This document shows positions 24,239 through 37,583 of a DNA stretch of 64,000 nucleotides, in pieces. This DNA comes from Octopus sinensis (lineage: Eukaryota). How positions within the stretch are numbered: position 1 is the stretch's first letter; every line of letters begins with the position of its first letter. Below the pieces are notes generated by a model. That model made no database searches and was not told the DNA's origin. It saw only the letters and a program-made list of their open reading frames with translations. Location: contig NC_043000.1 of NCBI RefSeq assembly GCF_006345805.1, forward strand, positions 6,076,001-6,140,000. The letters run 5' to 3'. A program made the position numbers and the translations under genes.

Positions 24239-25559
24239 AAGTATTCCTATCATATCAGTCTGGATTTTGTTTCTTCAGACATCCTGTATCTAGATTAATG
24301 TATCCTTCTTTTTCTTAAAATGATAGGGTATGATAAGAAGGATATGTACCTACTATTTCTAACTGACTGAGCGATCATGTAAAAGTCCCTTATTGGTTCA
24401 TGAGTTCTAAAGAAGTTAGAGAAAGTGAAGTGGGAAGTTGTGGTATTTCCATAACCAAAATAAATATGATTACAAATATCCAATTGGTAATACAAAATCA
24501 GGTTACTTACTCTGCCCAGTAGAAACATCATGACATATTTTGGAATCCACTAGACTTCAACAATCATAACAACATTCCCAAAATGCAATAGCATAGTAAT
24601 GGTGCATGTAATGTAAAAATTTTCTAAACATGTGACTAATTGGGTTTTCTAACTAGGTTTACCTTTGACATTTACTTTAGCACACAACTGCAGTGATTAT
24701 TTAATTATATCGGTCATTAAGCTAATGACCACATTGTCACACAAAACTATGCAACAGTTGTTTCTTAATATAGACACAAGGATTCTGATTTATGAAGAAA
24801 AGGAAATGAGGTGTGAAACAGGAAATGACAGTCAGCAGGTGACATAATTAAATATAATGAGACGGTATACCATAAATAGGATTTGTAATACAACATCATA
24901 CATTATGGTGACTCTTAAAAAAGCCAGAAGGCTTTATAGAGTATCAACATCATTGCCGTCATTTTAATGTCCACTTTCAATGCTTGGATGGGCCAGGCAG
25001 AATTCACTGAGGTATATTCTCTATGGCTAGATGTCCTTCCTATTGCTAAACCTCATGTTTCCAAGCAAGGTAATATTTTCCCTGTGGTTGGACATGTTTA
25101 TGTGGAAGACTGGAAATGAAAAACACCACATGCATGTTGGTAACACTCTTTTTACAATCATCATGCAATGTCAAAGACAAGGTGTCACACACACACACAC
25201 ACACACACAAATATATACATATACAATGGGCGTCTTCCAGTTTTTGACTACCAAATCCACTCACAAGGCATTGGGTAGACTAGATCCACAGAGGAAAATA
25301 CTTGCCCTAGCTGCCATGCAGTGGGACTGAATCCGAAATCATGCAGTCAAGTGGTTAACTTCTCAATCACACCACTACACCTGCACCTATGTATGTATGT
25401 ACACATGCACACACACATATGGTAAGTTGCTGATGCATTTCTTTTTACCAAATTCCACTCACAAGGTATTGGTCAATCTGTGACTTTAGTAGACTTTTGC
25501 TTAATGTGCCATGCAGCAGGAATGAACCTGGACTCTTGTGCTTGCAAGCAAAATTTGTA

Positions 25560-26098
25560 ATCTCACAGCCATACCTGTGTCTGAATAGATACGCATGCCC
25601 CCATTGCCACCTGTTGCATGAAGAGATGCCAATGCATGTGAATGAAGACGACTGCATCGAGAAATGCCAATCCCTGATTGTGGAGGGAACATGTGGAAGG
25701 GACCCAGGAAGATGTGGGACAAAGAGGTGAGAAAGGATCTACAGACGTTGGAACTCTGAGAGGAGATGGCAGGGGACCAAGACAGTTTGCTGTGCTTGAA
25801 GACACATAAAGCTAAGTAAATACACAGTTGTCCTTGCATACAGGATCGTCTCCTGTAACCCCTGCAATCTTGTGGGCTCAAAGGTGCTGGTGCCACATAA
25901 AAAGCACCCATGCCGGTGCTGCACAAAAGCACCAAGTACACTCTGTAAAGTGGTCGGCATTAGGAAGGGCATCCAACCATAGAAACCATGCCAAAACAGA
26001 CAGGGAGCCTGAACAGCCCTTTAGCTGGTCAGCTCTTGTCAAACCATCCAACCCATTCCAGCATGGAAAACGGATGCTAAATGATGAAGATATATGAT
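25560..26098 (+). mobile_element. RTE-type LINE 3' end (ORF2 C-terminus plus family C UTR)
   Basis: Degenerate LIVEGTCGRGRPRKMWDKEVRKDLQTLELSEEMAGDQD...VLE, joined to the family C UTR and (GAT)n. Confidence 0.8.
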
Positions 26099-26106
26099 GA
26101 TATATA

Positions 26107-26488
26107 TCTCTCTCTATATAAACGGCAGTTTGTCTGTCTGTGTGTCTGTGTGTCTGTCAGGTTGTACCCTCACCCTGACCACGGCTTTCAACCGATTCTG
26201 ATGAAACTTGACACACACATAGCCCAATGTCATAATTCAAAACTAACGCAGCGAAAATTTTGAAAAGTTCCCCCAGTTCTGAAAAAAATCGATAAATTCG
26301 ACATGGGGTCGAGAATCAGAAACACAAACCGCAAACTGTCTAGGGGACGCAACTCCACCTTTTTTAACTAAAAAAAAATTTACCATCATTTTTTTCCATC
26401 TTTTTGCTATTTTTGGGCTATAACTCTCTAAAAATGCTTTATAGTTATTTCCCTTACAAACCTGAGCAACGCCGGGCGATACTGCTAG
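26107..26488 (+). mobile_element. Non-autonomous Helitron
   Basis: 5' TC...tatataaacggcagtttgtctgtctgtgtg; 3' subterminal hairpin cc(t)gagcaacgccggg, then CTAG|T. Confidence 0.85.
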
Positions 26489-27114
26489 TGTATTATATTA
26501 TTATTATTATTATTATTATATAGGACCGAGGTAACTCATCCAGAAGTTATATACAAATAAATAGAAGAGTGCCATATCATGTGAAATTGGTTGAACGATA
26601 TGTGTGGGTATGTGCAGGTGTTTATCTATGTCTGTGTATGCAATTATGTTTCACACAACAGTATCAGTTAAAACAATCCAGATGTTGTGTAAAAATTGTT
26701 GATAATCAATTGAAGAAATATAGAACCAGATAGATATAGGCATTGTGGGTTGATATGATGAACTAAAAATCCTATAAATAATTTTTTAGCATGGCTGCAG
26801 TTAAATGGCCAAACCAAATAAAAAGAGTGTCGTCATCATTGCCGTCATCATTAGCCATTTCCCATGTTGGCATAAGTTAGACAGTTTGACAGGATCTGAC
26901 AAGCAAGAACACTGTGCCAAGCTCCGGCACAAACATCAGCTTTGGCATGTTTTCAACAGCTGCTGCATGCGCTTCCCAGTGCAATCACCTTTCAGTGCGT
27001 ACTGGGTTCTTTGTCTTGTGCAACAGCACTAGTGAGGTTGTGTAGTAAGATGCAAGACAGACAAAAGAAGAGTAAAGAGAACCCAACCCCATGACTAAGA
27101 GTATATGTGCATGT

Positions 27115-27150
<36 letters not shown>

Positions 27151-28782
27151 TTATTGGGAAGTTTCTTAAGTTTTGTGGCTGGAATCCATGCAACAGAAAT
27201 GCATGTTCAGCTACTAAAATTTGGTTGCTAACCTGAATTAGACCACAAACAGGCTCCATGCTATCTACATGTGTTTGTATGTGTTAGAACAGCTCTGCCA
27301 AATTAGAGCAACATGCTTGCATGAAATTTCGCATGAAATTATGCAAATTTGCTATTGATGCTATAAATAACTGCTTGTCCATCTTTTATTCTATCTTTAT
27401 TTTCAGTAGCTCCACCAGTGTGTTTCCCTTAGTCAGCTTTTGTTTACCTGAATTATGTCTCCCCTGATTTAATGTTGGAATTTAGGTATTCAACCATTAA
27501 TCTGTATGTGTCTATTCTACACTCTTTGATGTACTTGTATGCATTGCATGAGTCCACACACACGCATGTGTGTGTATGTATGTGTGTGTGTGACATATTT
27601 GAACCTGTAAGAAACACATTCACTGCATTTTGTCATGGAGAAATTTTCTGTAATGGGTTCAAATATGCCTGAAGCATATTTGAATTGGAAGCACAGATAT
27701 ATATATTACATGGAAAAATGCAAGCAAGAGAAATAATATTCTTAAGATTATAAACCTGGAAAAGTTCAGGACAACTTATTACATCTGGTAAAGTACAAAA
27801 CAAGAAAATTTTTACTTAAAATATTGCAGCTAAGGATAAAATTTCAAATAAAGTATTAAGATTTAGAAAATATTAGCTTATATTAAAACTAAAAATATTA
27901 TTACAAGTTATTACTTCTATTTATTGTTTGTTACTTCAATTTTTTCATGGTATTTTACCTCACAACTTTTTTGATTCAAATTTTTGTTGCATGGGACCAA
28001 AACTATGAAATTCTTCATGATTTCTTCTATCATTGAAGCAAAGATAAATATATTTTGCTTTTAAAATAAAAAGGTTATTTAGATCTAAACTTGATTGGTG
28101 GCATTACTAACTCTCCTATAACATTACTACAAATTTTGATGTAAACTTTTCTCTACTGGACCAAATCTCAATTTTTTTATACCAAAATGTAGCTAGGGAC
28201 CAGTCCTCTTCAAATATGTTAACAGTTTTCAGTTTGGTTAAGAACTGAATTAATGACAAGCTCTGAAAGTTGCTTGTCACTAATGTAATGGGTTTAAATA
28301 TGCCTGAAGTATATTTGAATTGGGTAGATTGCGGCCTTAAGAATATTATTCAACTACTACTGTAGTTGAATGGTCAGTTAATATTTAAATGTTGGGTATG
28401 TTCCTAGCATCACACTGATAAATCACATGTTTTGTCTATGACTACCTGGCATCATCCATGGTAATTATACTATTGTCACTAGAGCTACATCAGGAATTAC
28501 TCAGTGTATGTTGAGCATAAAAGAAATGGAAAATGGAATACAGGGGAAACATTACTGCTCACAATGATCATTTCAACCCATCCTGCATTGGTCCCTCATG
28601 GGTGGGAAACTATACAACTAGTTGTGGTGCATCCTTCAATGCAGATGCATCTTGCCAGGTGATGTAATAAGAGGTATCTTGTTAAATGAACTCTGTTTCG
28701 CTTGGATTTAATACAGTATGTTGTTAGTGACCATAAAATATTGCACCCAAATAAAAATATATAAATACATGCATGCACAAAT

Positions 28783-29015
28783 ATCTTATTTCTTTACTGC
28801 CCCCAAGGGGCTACACACAGAGGGGACAAACAAGGACAGACAAATGGGTTGAGTCAATTATATCAATCCCAGTGCGTAATTGGTACTTATTTAATCAACT
28901 CCAAAAGGATGAAAGGCAAGGTCGACCTCGGTGGAATTTGAACTCAGAACTCAGAGTGGCAGACGAAAGACTGCTAAGCATTTTGCCCAGTGTGCTTATG
29001 TTTCTGCCAGTTCGC
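28783..29015 (-). mobile_element. SINE-B at the 5' edge of the DD41D remnant
   Basis: Reverse complement of the SINE-B consensus (tcttatttctttactgcc...tttctgccagttcgc). Confidence 0.88.
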
Positions 29016-29017
29016 TG

Positions 29018-29990
29018 AAAGTTTGGAAACATAGCTGAAGTGCAAAGACAATTGAGGAGGGAGTCTCAAAACAAATCCATTTACTTGACAGAATTAGACA
29101 CAAGTTTGAAGCAGATGGAAGTGTTCAGAATGTCCACAAGAAATGTTCCAGAAGACTGCAGACACTGAAAAGCCCCACAAAGCAAGAAAGGGTGTTAAAA
29201 GCATATTGTTGGGCTTCAAGAAAATGTGTGCAACAAATGCACCATGAGATAGAAATTTCAAAATCATGTCTCCATCACATTTTGAAGCATTGTCATTGGA
29301 CAAATTACATTCCAAGAATAATCCATACTCTCAATGAAGATGATCCGGACTGAAAGTGGAGTTTTGTGAGTGGTACTGTGAAAAATGCATAGAATATACT
29401 AACTTTCCTACAAAGATTGTTTGGAGAGATGAGGCTACATTTATATTAAATGGCTCAATTGTTTACCACAATTGCACCTACTGGAGACAGAGAATCCATA
29501 CATTAAGAAGGAATAGTCTGTTAATTTACCAAGAGTTACAGTATGGTGCAGCTTATTAAAAGGATTAATTGGACCATTCTTTTTGACAGAAGCTATGACT
29601 GATTCCATTTACTTGAACTTGCTGCTAGAACCTCTCACACCAAGGAGTTTTATTTCCAGCAAAATAGGGCACCCCTATAATACTATTGTAATGTAAGTCT
29701 CTACTTTGATAAAATTTTCCAAACAAGTGGAATGAATGAAGTGGTTCAGTAGAATAATCTCTGCTTTTGCTGGATCTCACATCATTAGATTTTTTTTATG
29801 GGGATACATAAAGATAAAGTTTATGGTACAAAACCAACAATAGTCAACATATTGAGGACACCCAGTGTACGAGAATGCACACACATACTGAATGAAATGT
29901 TTCTTGGTGCTTGTGGTTCTATTGCTTTGCATTATCAGCAGTGCCTGGACCATAACAGTCAACAGTTTGAAAACAGATGTTCATAGAAAT
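29018..29990 (+). pseudogene. Decayed Tc1/mariner-superfamily transposase with DD41D (rosa/VS-like) spacing
   Basis: Motifs [32 protein letters not shown]...HNCTYW, IGPFFF, FQQ(N)RAP, LDLT.LDFFLWGYI. 122 nt between D2 and D3, i.e. 41 codons minus 1 nt. Confidence 0.85.
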
Positions 29991-30589
29991 ATTGAATTCT
30001 GTGTGTAGATTCTATTAAATTTTGAAAATGAAATGTATTCTAAAATAAACGCAGGCTTTATAATCATGCAATGTGTGAATAGATATTTTTTAGGAAACTT
30101 TGTATAAAGTTCTTATATAAGAAAATACTCATTTCATGACAGCTGGTTATGCATAAAGAAAAGTGCATTGAAGAAAAGAGAATGTAGGGATGATCTTGGC
30201 TGCTGCACAGGAACAGGCTCTAAAGATAAAGTGGACCATAGGCAGGACGATAAAGTAGTAGCACAGCTCACCCAGATATAGAATGTGTGCGATGATTCTG
30301 ACACAAAAATCTGAGAATAATGTGAGAAAAAATCTTCAGAAGTTTGATCATAACCAAGAAAATATGTCTACTTAGGCTCAGTGAGAATTATATGGAAAGT
30401 CCTCAATACAAGGTAAGAACAAAAGTGAAGAGCAGAAGGAAAAAAGAAGGTGTACAGCAGGTAAAAAAAGCCCTCACCCAAGAGCATCGGTTGTGATTTG
30501 ATAGGAAGCAGGGAACAAGGCAGTAATTTTATGAAACAACTCAACATAATGACAATAATAATAATAGTAATAATGATAATGATGATGAT

Positions 30590-31390
30590 GATAATAATGA
30601 TAATGATTTCAAATTTTGGCACAAGGCCAGCAATTTCAGGGAAGAGTAAGTTGATTATACTGACCCCAGTAAATGACTCGTACTTATTTTAACAACCCCA
30701 AAAGGAGAAACGGCAAAGTGGACTTCAGTGAAATTCAAACTCAGAATGTAAAGACAGACAAAATGTTGCAAGCATTTTGCCCCCTGTGCTAATGATTCTA
30801 CCAGCTTGCAGCCCATAATAATAATAATCCTTTCTACTATAGGCACAAGGTATGACATTTTGTGGGAGAGGGCTAGTCGAATACATCGACCCCAGTGCTT
30901 GACTGGTACTTAATTTATCGACTCTGAAAGGATGAAAGGCAAAGCTGACCTTGGCGGCATTTGAACTCAGAACATGATGGGCAAAATACCGTTAAGCATT
31001 TAGCCCTGGCACGCTAACGATCCTGTCAGCTCAATAATAATAATCCTTTCTATTATAGGCACAAGGCCTGAAATTTGGGGGATGGGACTAGTCAATTATA
31101 TCAACCCCAGTGTTTCATGGGTACTTAATTTATCGACCCTGAAAGGATGAAAGGTAAAGTCAACCTTGGCAGAATTTGAACTTAGAATGTAGCGGCAGAC
31201 AAAATACCACTAAGCATTTCACCTGGTATGCTAACAACTCTGCCAGTTCATTGCCTTGAGCTCAGGAAGTAAGGATGGACAAATAACATGCTAACAACTC
31301 TGCCAGTTCATTGCCTTGAACTCAGGAAGTAAGGATGGACAAAATACTGCAAAGCATTTTGCCTGGCATGCTAACAATTCTGCCAGCTAC
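30590..31390 (-). mobile_element. Cluster of three to four tandem SINE-B copies
   Basis: Repeated aggcacaagg...cgaccccagtg...gaaaggatgaaagg.aaagtc.accttggc...tttgaactcagaa units separated by (AAT)n. Confidence 0.85.
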
Positions 31391-31440
31391 TGATGCCGCC
31401 ACCGCTGACCACCACCACAACAACAACTATAATAATAAAT

Positions 31441-31993
31441 GCCCTGATGCAGTACCAGGCAGTGGTTCTTATGGCTTGTGATCTTAACTGACTGGAAGTG
31501 TTATCATGTACATTGTTTTGTCTTGGTATAAAAGATGGGCTACAGCAAATATTTTGCTCAATACCACAGATTTGCTTGTCAGTTGCTTGACCTTAACCAG
31601 TTGAGCATGTCCCTTTTTGGCTGACAATATGTGCATCTCTGATCACGAGCAGAAGTAGTGGGGGAGCATCATAGCCATGTGTTGAAAGGAATTCTTTGGG
31701 GTTTGAATAATTCACCTCTGGAAACATGGGTGTTTTGTTTAACATCCTTAAACAACCCTTATTCAGGGACCTTTTGAGCTGGATGGGCAACTTGACCTAA
31801 AGAAAATTCTAACTGACCTCACCTGCAAGGTCATGCACTCTTTATCTTGATATGAGATCACCATGTTGCACGCATATGGTTGTGATTCATGTTTCTGGTG
31901 TACCCTTTTCAGACGGTTAGTCATGATGGGTATACTGGGCTTCATATATTTTACCCCGGTGTCACTTTGATGGCATGCACTGCTCTCCCACTC
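31441..31993. mobile_element. Family D repeat, second copy
   Basis: Collinear with 4667-5205 and followed by a long (AAT)n (31994-32092). Confidence 0.82.
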
Positions 31994-32041
31994 AATAATG
32001 ATAATAACAATAATAATAATGATAACAACAACAACAACAAC

Positions 32042-32091
<50 letters not shown>

Positions 32092-33779
32092 CTCTTTTTT
32101 AGGATTATGAGACACTGGGATTCTCAGGAGAGGAAAATACCATTTTTGACATTCATCGCATTCTCAGAAGCATAAAAGCAATGTAACTCAACACTATAAA
32201 CTAATGCAATATTTAATAATTATAACATGCCCTTCATACATATTCTCCCCAGAGTAGTTATGAGTATTTGAACTATGAAACTGAGAGTTTACTGTTCTTG
32301 AGCAGTTATACAATACAATACACGAGATGAGATATAAATCGCTAACTCTGTGGCACATAAGTCTAAGTTAAGAGTAAACAGTTAACTTATTGAATTACTT
32401 TTTCTGTAAACTATTGTTAGAATTTATTCTCAGATTGAAACAGTAATGTTGGAAGAAAAATTTATTAAGTGAAGCAGGCACATAATGACCACAGAATCTT
32501 TAACGGTTTATCAAATGCTGCATGATTTGAGCTGCATCTTATTTATGCATAATGCAAGAAATTTTCTTCTCAAGAAACTAATTGATGTTACATAATTATG
32601 TGTGAGTTTAAAAAGAGAGATAGAAAGTGTGTGTACACGTGCATGTGAGTATGTGTGAGGCTGGTTGCATGTCTATGTTCTACTTAGTATGTGTAAATTA
32701 TTTTATGCATTACATCGAAAATTGCATCTGTTATATAACATGACATGTCATTAAATAAATGAGACACATATATAAGTGGTTCCTTTAATTAAGACATTTA
32801 AATTTCATGATAAAATATGACAGTTTTACAGTTAGGTTCTGCAAGGAAATCACGAAACAAGAAAAGATCAAATATTCAAGTGAGTTGTTGAGGAATCTTC
32901 AAGGATTTCTAAGAAATAGAGTGTACGCTGAAAACAATGACTGACATCTCACTGATAAGCAATATAAATTGTGAAATTTGCTTTTATTGAAGGTTAGAGG
33001 AAGGAGCAAGCTGAATGAATGACTGAGTGAATGAATAAGTGTGAATGAAGAGGAGGTTAGTGACAGAGAACTACAGTGAGCTGAGGATAAATGCAGACAA
33101 ACAATAATGTGGGACAAGTCTACCTTGGATTCAGTGATGTCCTTTGAATCCTTCATTACAATCTGCCAGGATGAAAAAATAAAAATAAAAACGAAAATAA
33201 AAACAAAACAAAAAACAAAGAAGGTCTGTAACAGTTTGATTCTGCTTGTATGTATATTTTATTTTCACCAAGAAGCTAAAAATAATCCCATACAAAACAA
33301 ACAAAAAAAACAGAAAAATCAAAATAAATTTCTTACAAAAATGATTTCTGGAACTTAATATAAGATTTGCAAACAAAAGAAACAAAAACAAAGAATCTTT
33401 GGGGGTAAATTTTCTCTTCAGATTTTCAAACAAAGAAGGGGGAAAATAGAGTATATCTATCTATCTATCCATATATATATGTATGTATACACACACACAC
33501 ACACACATACATACATACAGGTGCAGGCATGGCTATGTGGTAAGAAGCTTGCTTCTCAACCACATGGTTCCAGGTTTGGTCCCACTGAGTGACACCTTGG
33601 GCAAGTATCTCTTGCTATAATTTTGAGCCAACCAAAGCTTTGTGAGATGGAAACTGAAAGAAGCCTGTTGTGTATGCATGTATATGCATGACACCTTATG
33701 CAAGGAACTATGTGGTCAGTAGGCAAGCTACTTACCACATGGCCATGTGTATAGCTCTTATATAAATACTGTACATACT

Positions 33780-33990
33780 GATTTCAAATTTTGGCTGATG
33801 GCCAGCAAGTTCAGGGAAATGGGTTAGTCAATTACATCAACCCCAGTGTTTAACTGGTACTTATTTTATTAACACCGAAAGGATGAAAGGCAAAGTCAAC
33901 CTCAGCAGAATTTGAAGTCAGAACATGAAGATGGACAAAATGCTGCTAAGCATTTTGCTTGTTATGCTAACAATTTTGCCAGCTTCCTGC
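33780..33990 (-). mobile_element. SINE-B
   Basis: atttcaaattttggc...aaggatgaaaggcaaagtcaacctcagcagaatttgaagtcagaac. Confidence 0.8.
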
Positions 33991-34069
33991 CTTAAATATT
34001 GTCTATATTAAATGATATTTATCTCTCACTGGGTGGAGTACATTTTTTGTGGATCTTGCCTGTAAGATT

Positions 34070-34470
34070 CAATGTGGTAAGTAGCTTGCTTTCCAACCAC
34101 ATGGTTCTGGGTTCAATCCCACTGCGTGGCACCTTGGGCAAGTGTCTTCTACTATAGCCTCAGGTCAACCAAAGCCTTGTGAGTGGATTTGGTAGACGGA
34201 AACTGAAAGAAGCCTGTCGTATATATGTATATGTATATATATATGTATGTGTGTTTGTGTGTCTGTCTTTGTCCCACAAACATCGCTTGACAACCGATGC
34301 TGGTGTGTTTACATCTCTGTAACTTAGCGGTTTGGCAAAAGAGACCAATAAAATAAGTACTAGGCTTACAAAGAATAAGTCCTGGGGTCGATTTCCTCGA
34401 CTAAAGGCAGTGCTCCAGCATGGCCGCAGTCAAATGACTGAAACAAGTAAAAGAGTAATAGAGAGCAAAA
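34070..34470 (+). mobile_element. SINE-A, near full length
   Basis: tgtggtaagtagcttgc...ggttcaatcccactgcgtggcaccttgggcaag...gctccagcatggccgcagtc. Confidence 0.9.
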
Positions 34471-35113
34471 GAGTAAATGTATATGTGTATTTGTTTGTGT
34501 TTGCTCCTCACCACTTGATAACCAGTGTTGGTTTGTTTACATCTCCATAATTTAGCTGAATTTGCAATAAATAAGTACCAAGTACTGGGACTAATTTGTT
34601 TGACTAGACCTTTCAAAGTAATGCTCCAGCAAGGCCACAGTCCAATGATGGAAATAAGTGAGAGAATAAAGAATAGAAGGTAAGGTCCTTTGAAGAATAT
34701 TAACATTGTAATTTTTTTTCCATCTGTGTGGGTGTTTCTGCATTTATATTCACACATAAATGAAACAACATGGAAAATGCTTGGTAAACATTTATTATTT
34801 AATAAAAGTAACATTCACTTTGGCATACGCAAAATCTCTTTTCCTTGTCTGTCATATTTCCAAGCTGCAGACAATAAAACTCTCTAAGCAGAATGTGCTA
34901 TTTACTCACCCCATCAACTTTGCTTGTTCTATACTTATGTTGCCATGGCATTAAGTAGCTAAGATACGGTTACGTCTAGAACCTATGTTTATGGCAGTAT
35001 TTTTCAGGAAATTTTAAAATATATATTTTCTATTTTCTGATTGTGGTGAAAAGGGAATAATTCTGGAATCATGTTGGTGCCAAAGTTTACATTAAAAAAA
35101 GGCAATTACTTAC

Positions 35114-35222
35114 ATTTTCTTTATCTGTCTGAGTCTTAGGGGTGAGAGTCAATTGTAATATAATGTAGCCCATATAAGTTGATTTTCCTTTTTCAGATAA
35201 CATAACTTTCATTTCCTCAGTC
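35114..35222 (-). CDS. MCTP1: MCTP coding exon 3 (end of C2A and linker): (V)TEEMKVMLSEKGKSTYMGYIILQLTLTPKTQTDKEN
   Basis: Acceptor tttattttttttcag|G and donor AAT|gtaagt. 109 nt, phase 2 to 0, bridging exons 2 and 4 exactly. MG.I.L.LTLTPK matches the last C2A strand. Not in ORF track. Confidence 0.93.
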
Positions 35223-35377
35223 CTGAAAAAAAATAAATGGCAGAAAATGAAACTTTAAGATTTTTTTTTTTTTTGTCATAAGTTTTATATAACATGATTT
35301 AGATGGGTCAGTATCTATATTAGATTTTGTTTTAGTATTTTGGTTTTCAAGATTTTTTGTGTTGAAACATATTTTGA

Positions 35378-36100
35378 TGTAGCCTGGAAGGGTCATTATG
35401 CCAACAGTAAACACATGCACTGGTTCTATTACACTTCTTTTGCTATTATTAATCAATTAGTTAATATTTAACCATTTCAGTACCACATAAAAAGAACCTA
35501 TGCCAGTGTCACATGAAAAGCACTCATGCTGGTGCCATGTAAAAAGCACTTGTGCCGGTGCCACACAAAAAACATCTGGGCCTGTGCCATGTAAAAAGTA
35601 CCTGTGCTAGTGTCATACAAAAGTACACATGCCAGTACCATGTAAGAAGAATCCAATTTACTCTGTAAAGTGGTGGTCATTAAGAAGGACATCCAGCCAT
35701 ATAAATCATGCCATAACAGACAAACCAGAGCCTGATGTATCTATCTGGTTAGCCAGTTCCTGTCAAACATTCTAACCAATACCAACACAGAAAACGGACA
35801 TTAAATGATGATGATGATGATGAGATGATGATGAATTAACTAATTTTTTTATTTGATTAATCATTTAATCAACCAATTAGTCAGTTAAGGTCATCAAAGT
35901 CCTTTTGCCATCATTTGTAACCTCATCAATGACATGTCCTCTCTACCCCAGGTCTGCTTCGGGTCTGTGATTGACGAACCAACCAATTAATCAAGCAATC
36001 AATTGGTTAATTGGTTAACTAATGATAACAACAACAACAGAAGTGAAATGGAACCAGTGCATGTGTTTATCGTTGGCGTAATAACCTTCCCAAGACAACA
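35378..36100. repeat. Inverted repeat with roughly 85-bp arms (35378-35464 and 36015-36100)
   Basis: Core ggtcattatgccaacagtaaacacatgcactggttctattacacttct matches the reverse complement of the right arm at 42 of 48 positions. Confidence 0.8.
35475..35825 (+). mobile_element. Family C (RTE 3' UTR), diverged
   Basis: Repeated gtgccatgtaaaaagcac units, aaggacatccagcc, tail aaacggacattaaatgatgatg. Confidence 0.75.
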
Positions 36101-36869
36101 AAATCTTTATTAGATTTTTCTGGAAATCTTTTAGTCATTGTGCAATGGCTATCACGTTAAAGTGTGGGATCACATTGTCATAAATAGAGCATTGAATTGA
36201 ACACCTGAGTAAGGTGCATAACTCTGCTTGCTCAAGTTAATCAGACCAAAAACAAAAAAAGAGAAAGAGGGAGAGAGAGAGTTTATTCTGGTCCTATTTC
36301 ACAGCCAATAGGTTTCTGTGAAATTTCTCTTTTTTTCCTTTCATTTACATCATGGAAATCAAACATTTTATGAAGAGTAAAGGAGAATTAAGGTATAGCT
36401 ATGTGGTTATAGAACTGACTTTGCAACCTTATGGGGTTAGTTTGATACTATTTGGGAATAATTCAAGGCAGTTTACAATTCTGATGACAAAAAACTTAAG
36501 TTGTAATCTAGGTAAGGAAAAAAAAAATCATCTTCAAGAAGCCCACAGTAACATCACTGCTCAAGCTATATTAACAAAGATCTGAACTCAGCAATACTGA
36601 GTAATAAATGATACCTTAATGATACTAAGCTGTTGAACAATATACAGTTGCAAACCATGGCTTCCCCTGCACTGGTGACGTGTATCTAGGCAGACTACAA
36701 TTTTAATAAATATCTGTAATATAAAACAATGTATTGAATTGTACAAAACCTTGATTGTTCCTCTGATAAGTCAATACTTGAGCCAGTAGAGATTCTACAT
36801 CCAAGTAAATATTCTAGTTTATAAAACGATAGCTCAGGAAAACTGATGTACAAAATTGGTTTTCAAATT

Positions 36870-37510
36870 GTAGCACAAGACCATCAATTGCAAGGTACAT
36901 ATTTTATCAACCCCAACAGGATGAAAGACAAAATTGACCCCTTTATTCAGAAACATAAGGTCGTAAAAAATGCCGCTAAGCATTTTTGTCCAGTGTGGTT
37001 ATGATTCTTATTTCTTTACTACCCACAAGGGGCTACACACAGAGGGGACAAACCACGACAGAGAAAGGGATTAAGTCGATTATATTGACCCCAGTGCACA
37101 ACTGGTACTTATTTAATCGATGTTGAAAGGATGAAAGGCAAAGTCGACCTTGGCGGAATTTGAACTCAGAACGTAGCGGCAGATGAAATATCACTAAGAA
37201 TTTTGCTCGGTGTGCCAACGTTTCTGCCAGCTCGCCGCCTTAAATGTGCTAATGATTCTGGTAGCTCACCACTTTAACCAGATGTACAATATTGATTTTA
37301 AATTTTGGCACAAGGCAAATAATTTTGAAGGGGAGAATAAATCGATTACATTGACCCCAGCACTCAACTGATACTTATTTTATTGACCCTGTATGGATGA
37401 AAGGCAAAGGTGACCTCAACAGAACTTGAACTCAAAACATAAAGATGGACGAAATGCTGCTAAACATTTTGCTTGGTGCAGTAATGAATCTTGCAGCTTG
37501 CTGCCTTAAA
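36870..37510 (-). mobile_element. SINE-B cluster (about three copies) in the short intron
   Basis: e.g. ttatttctttactacccacaaggggctacacacagaggggacaaa...gaaaggatgaaaggcaaagtcgacc. Confidence 0.85.
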
Positions 37511-37583
37511 CTGACGTACAATATTGATCGGCAAATGAATAAGCAAATGAAACAAAGTATTGGATAAGGAAATTGCAACTTAC

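Noticed and set aside
24511-24549. 39-nt open phase-0/0 segment (WIPKYVMMFLLGR) with a gtaagt donor
   Set aside because: There is no polypyrimidine tract at the acceptor and the peptide does not resemble a C2 linker; likely chance.
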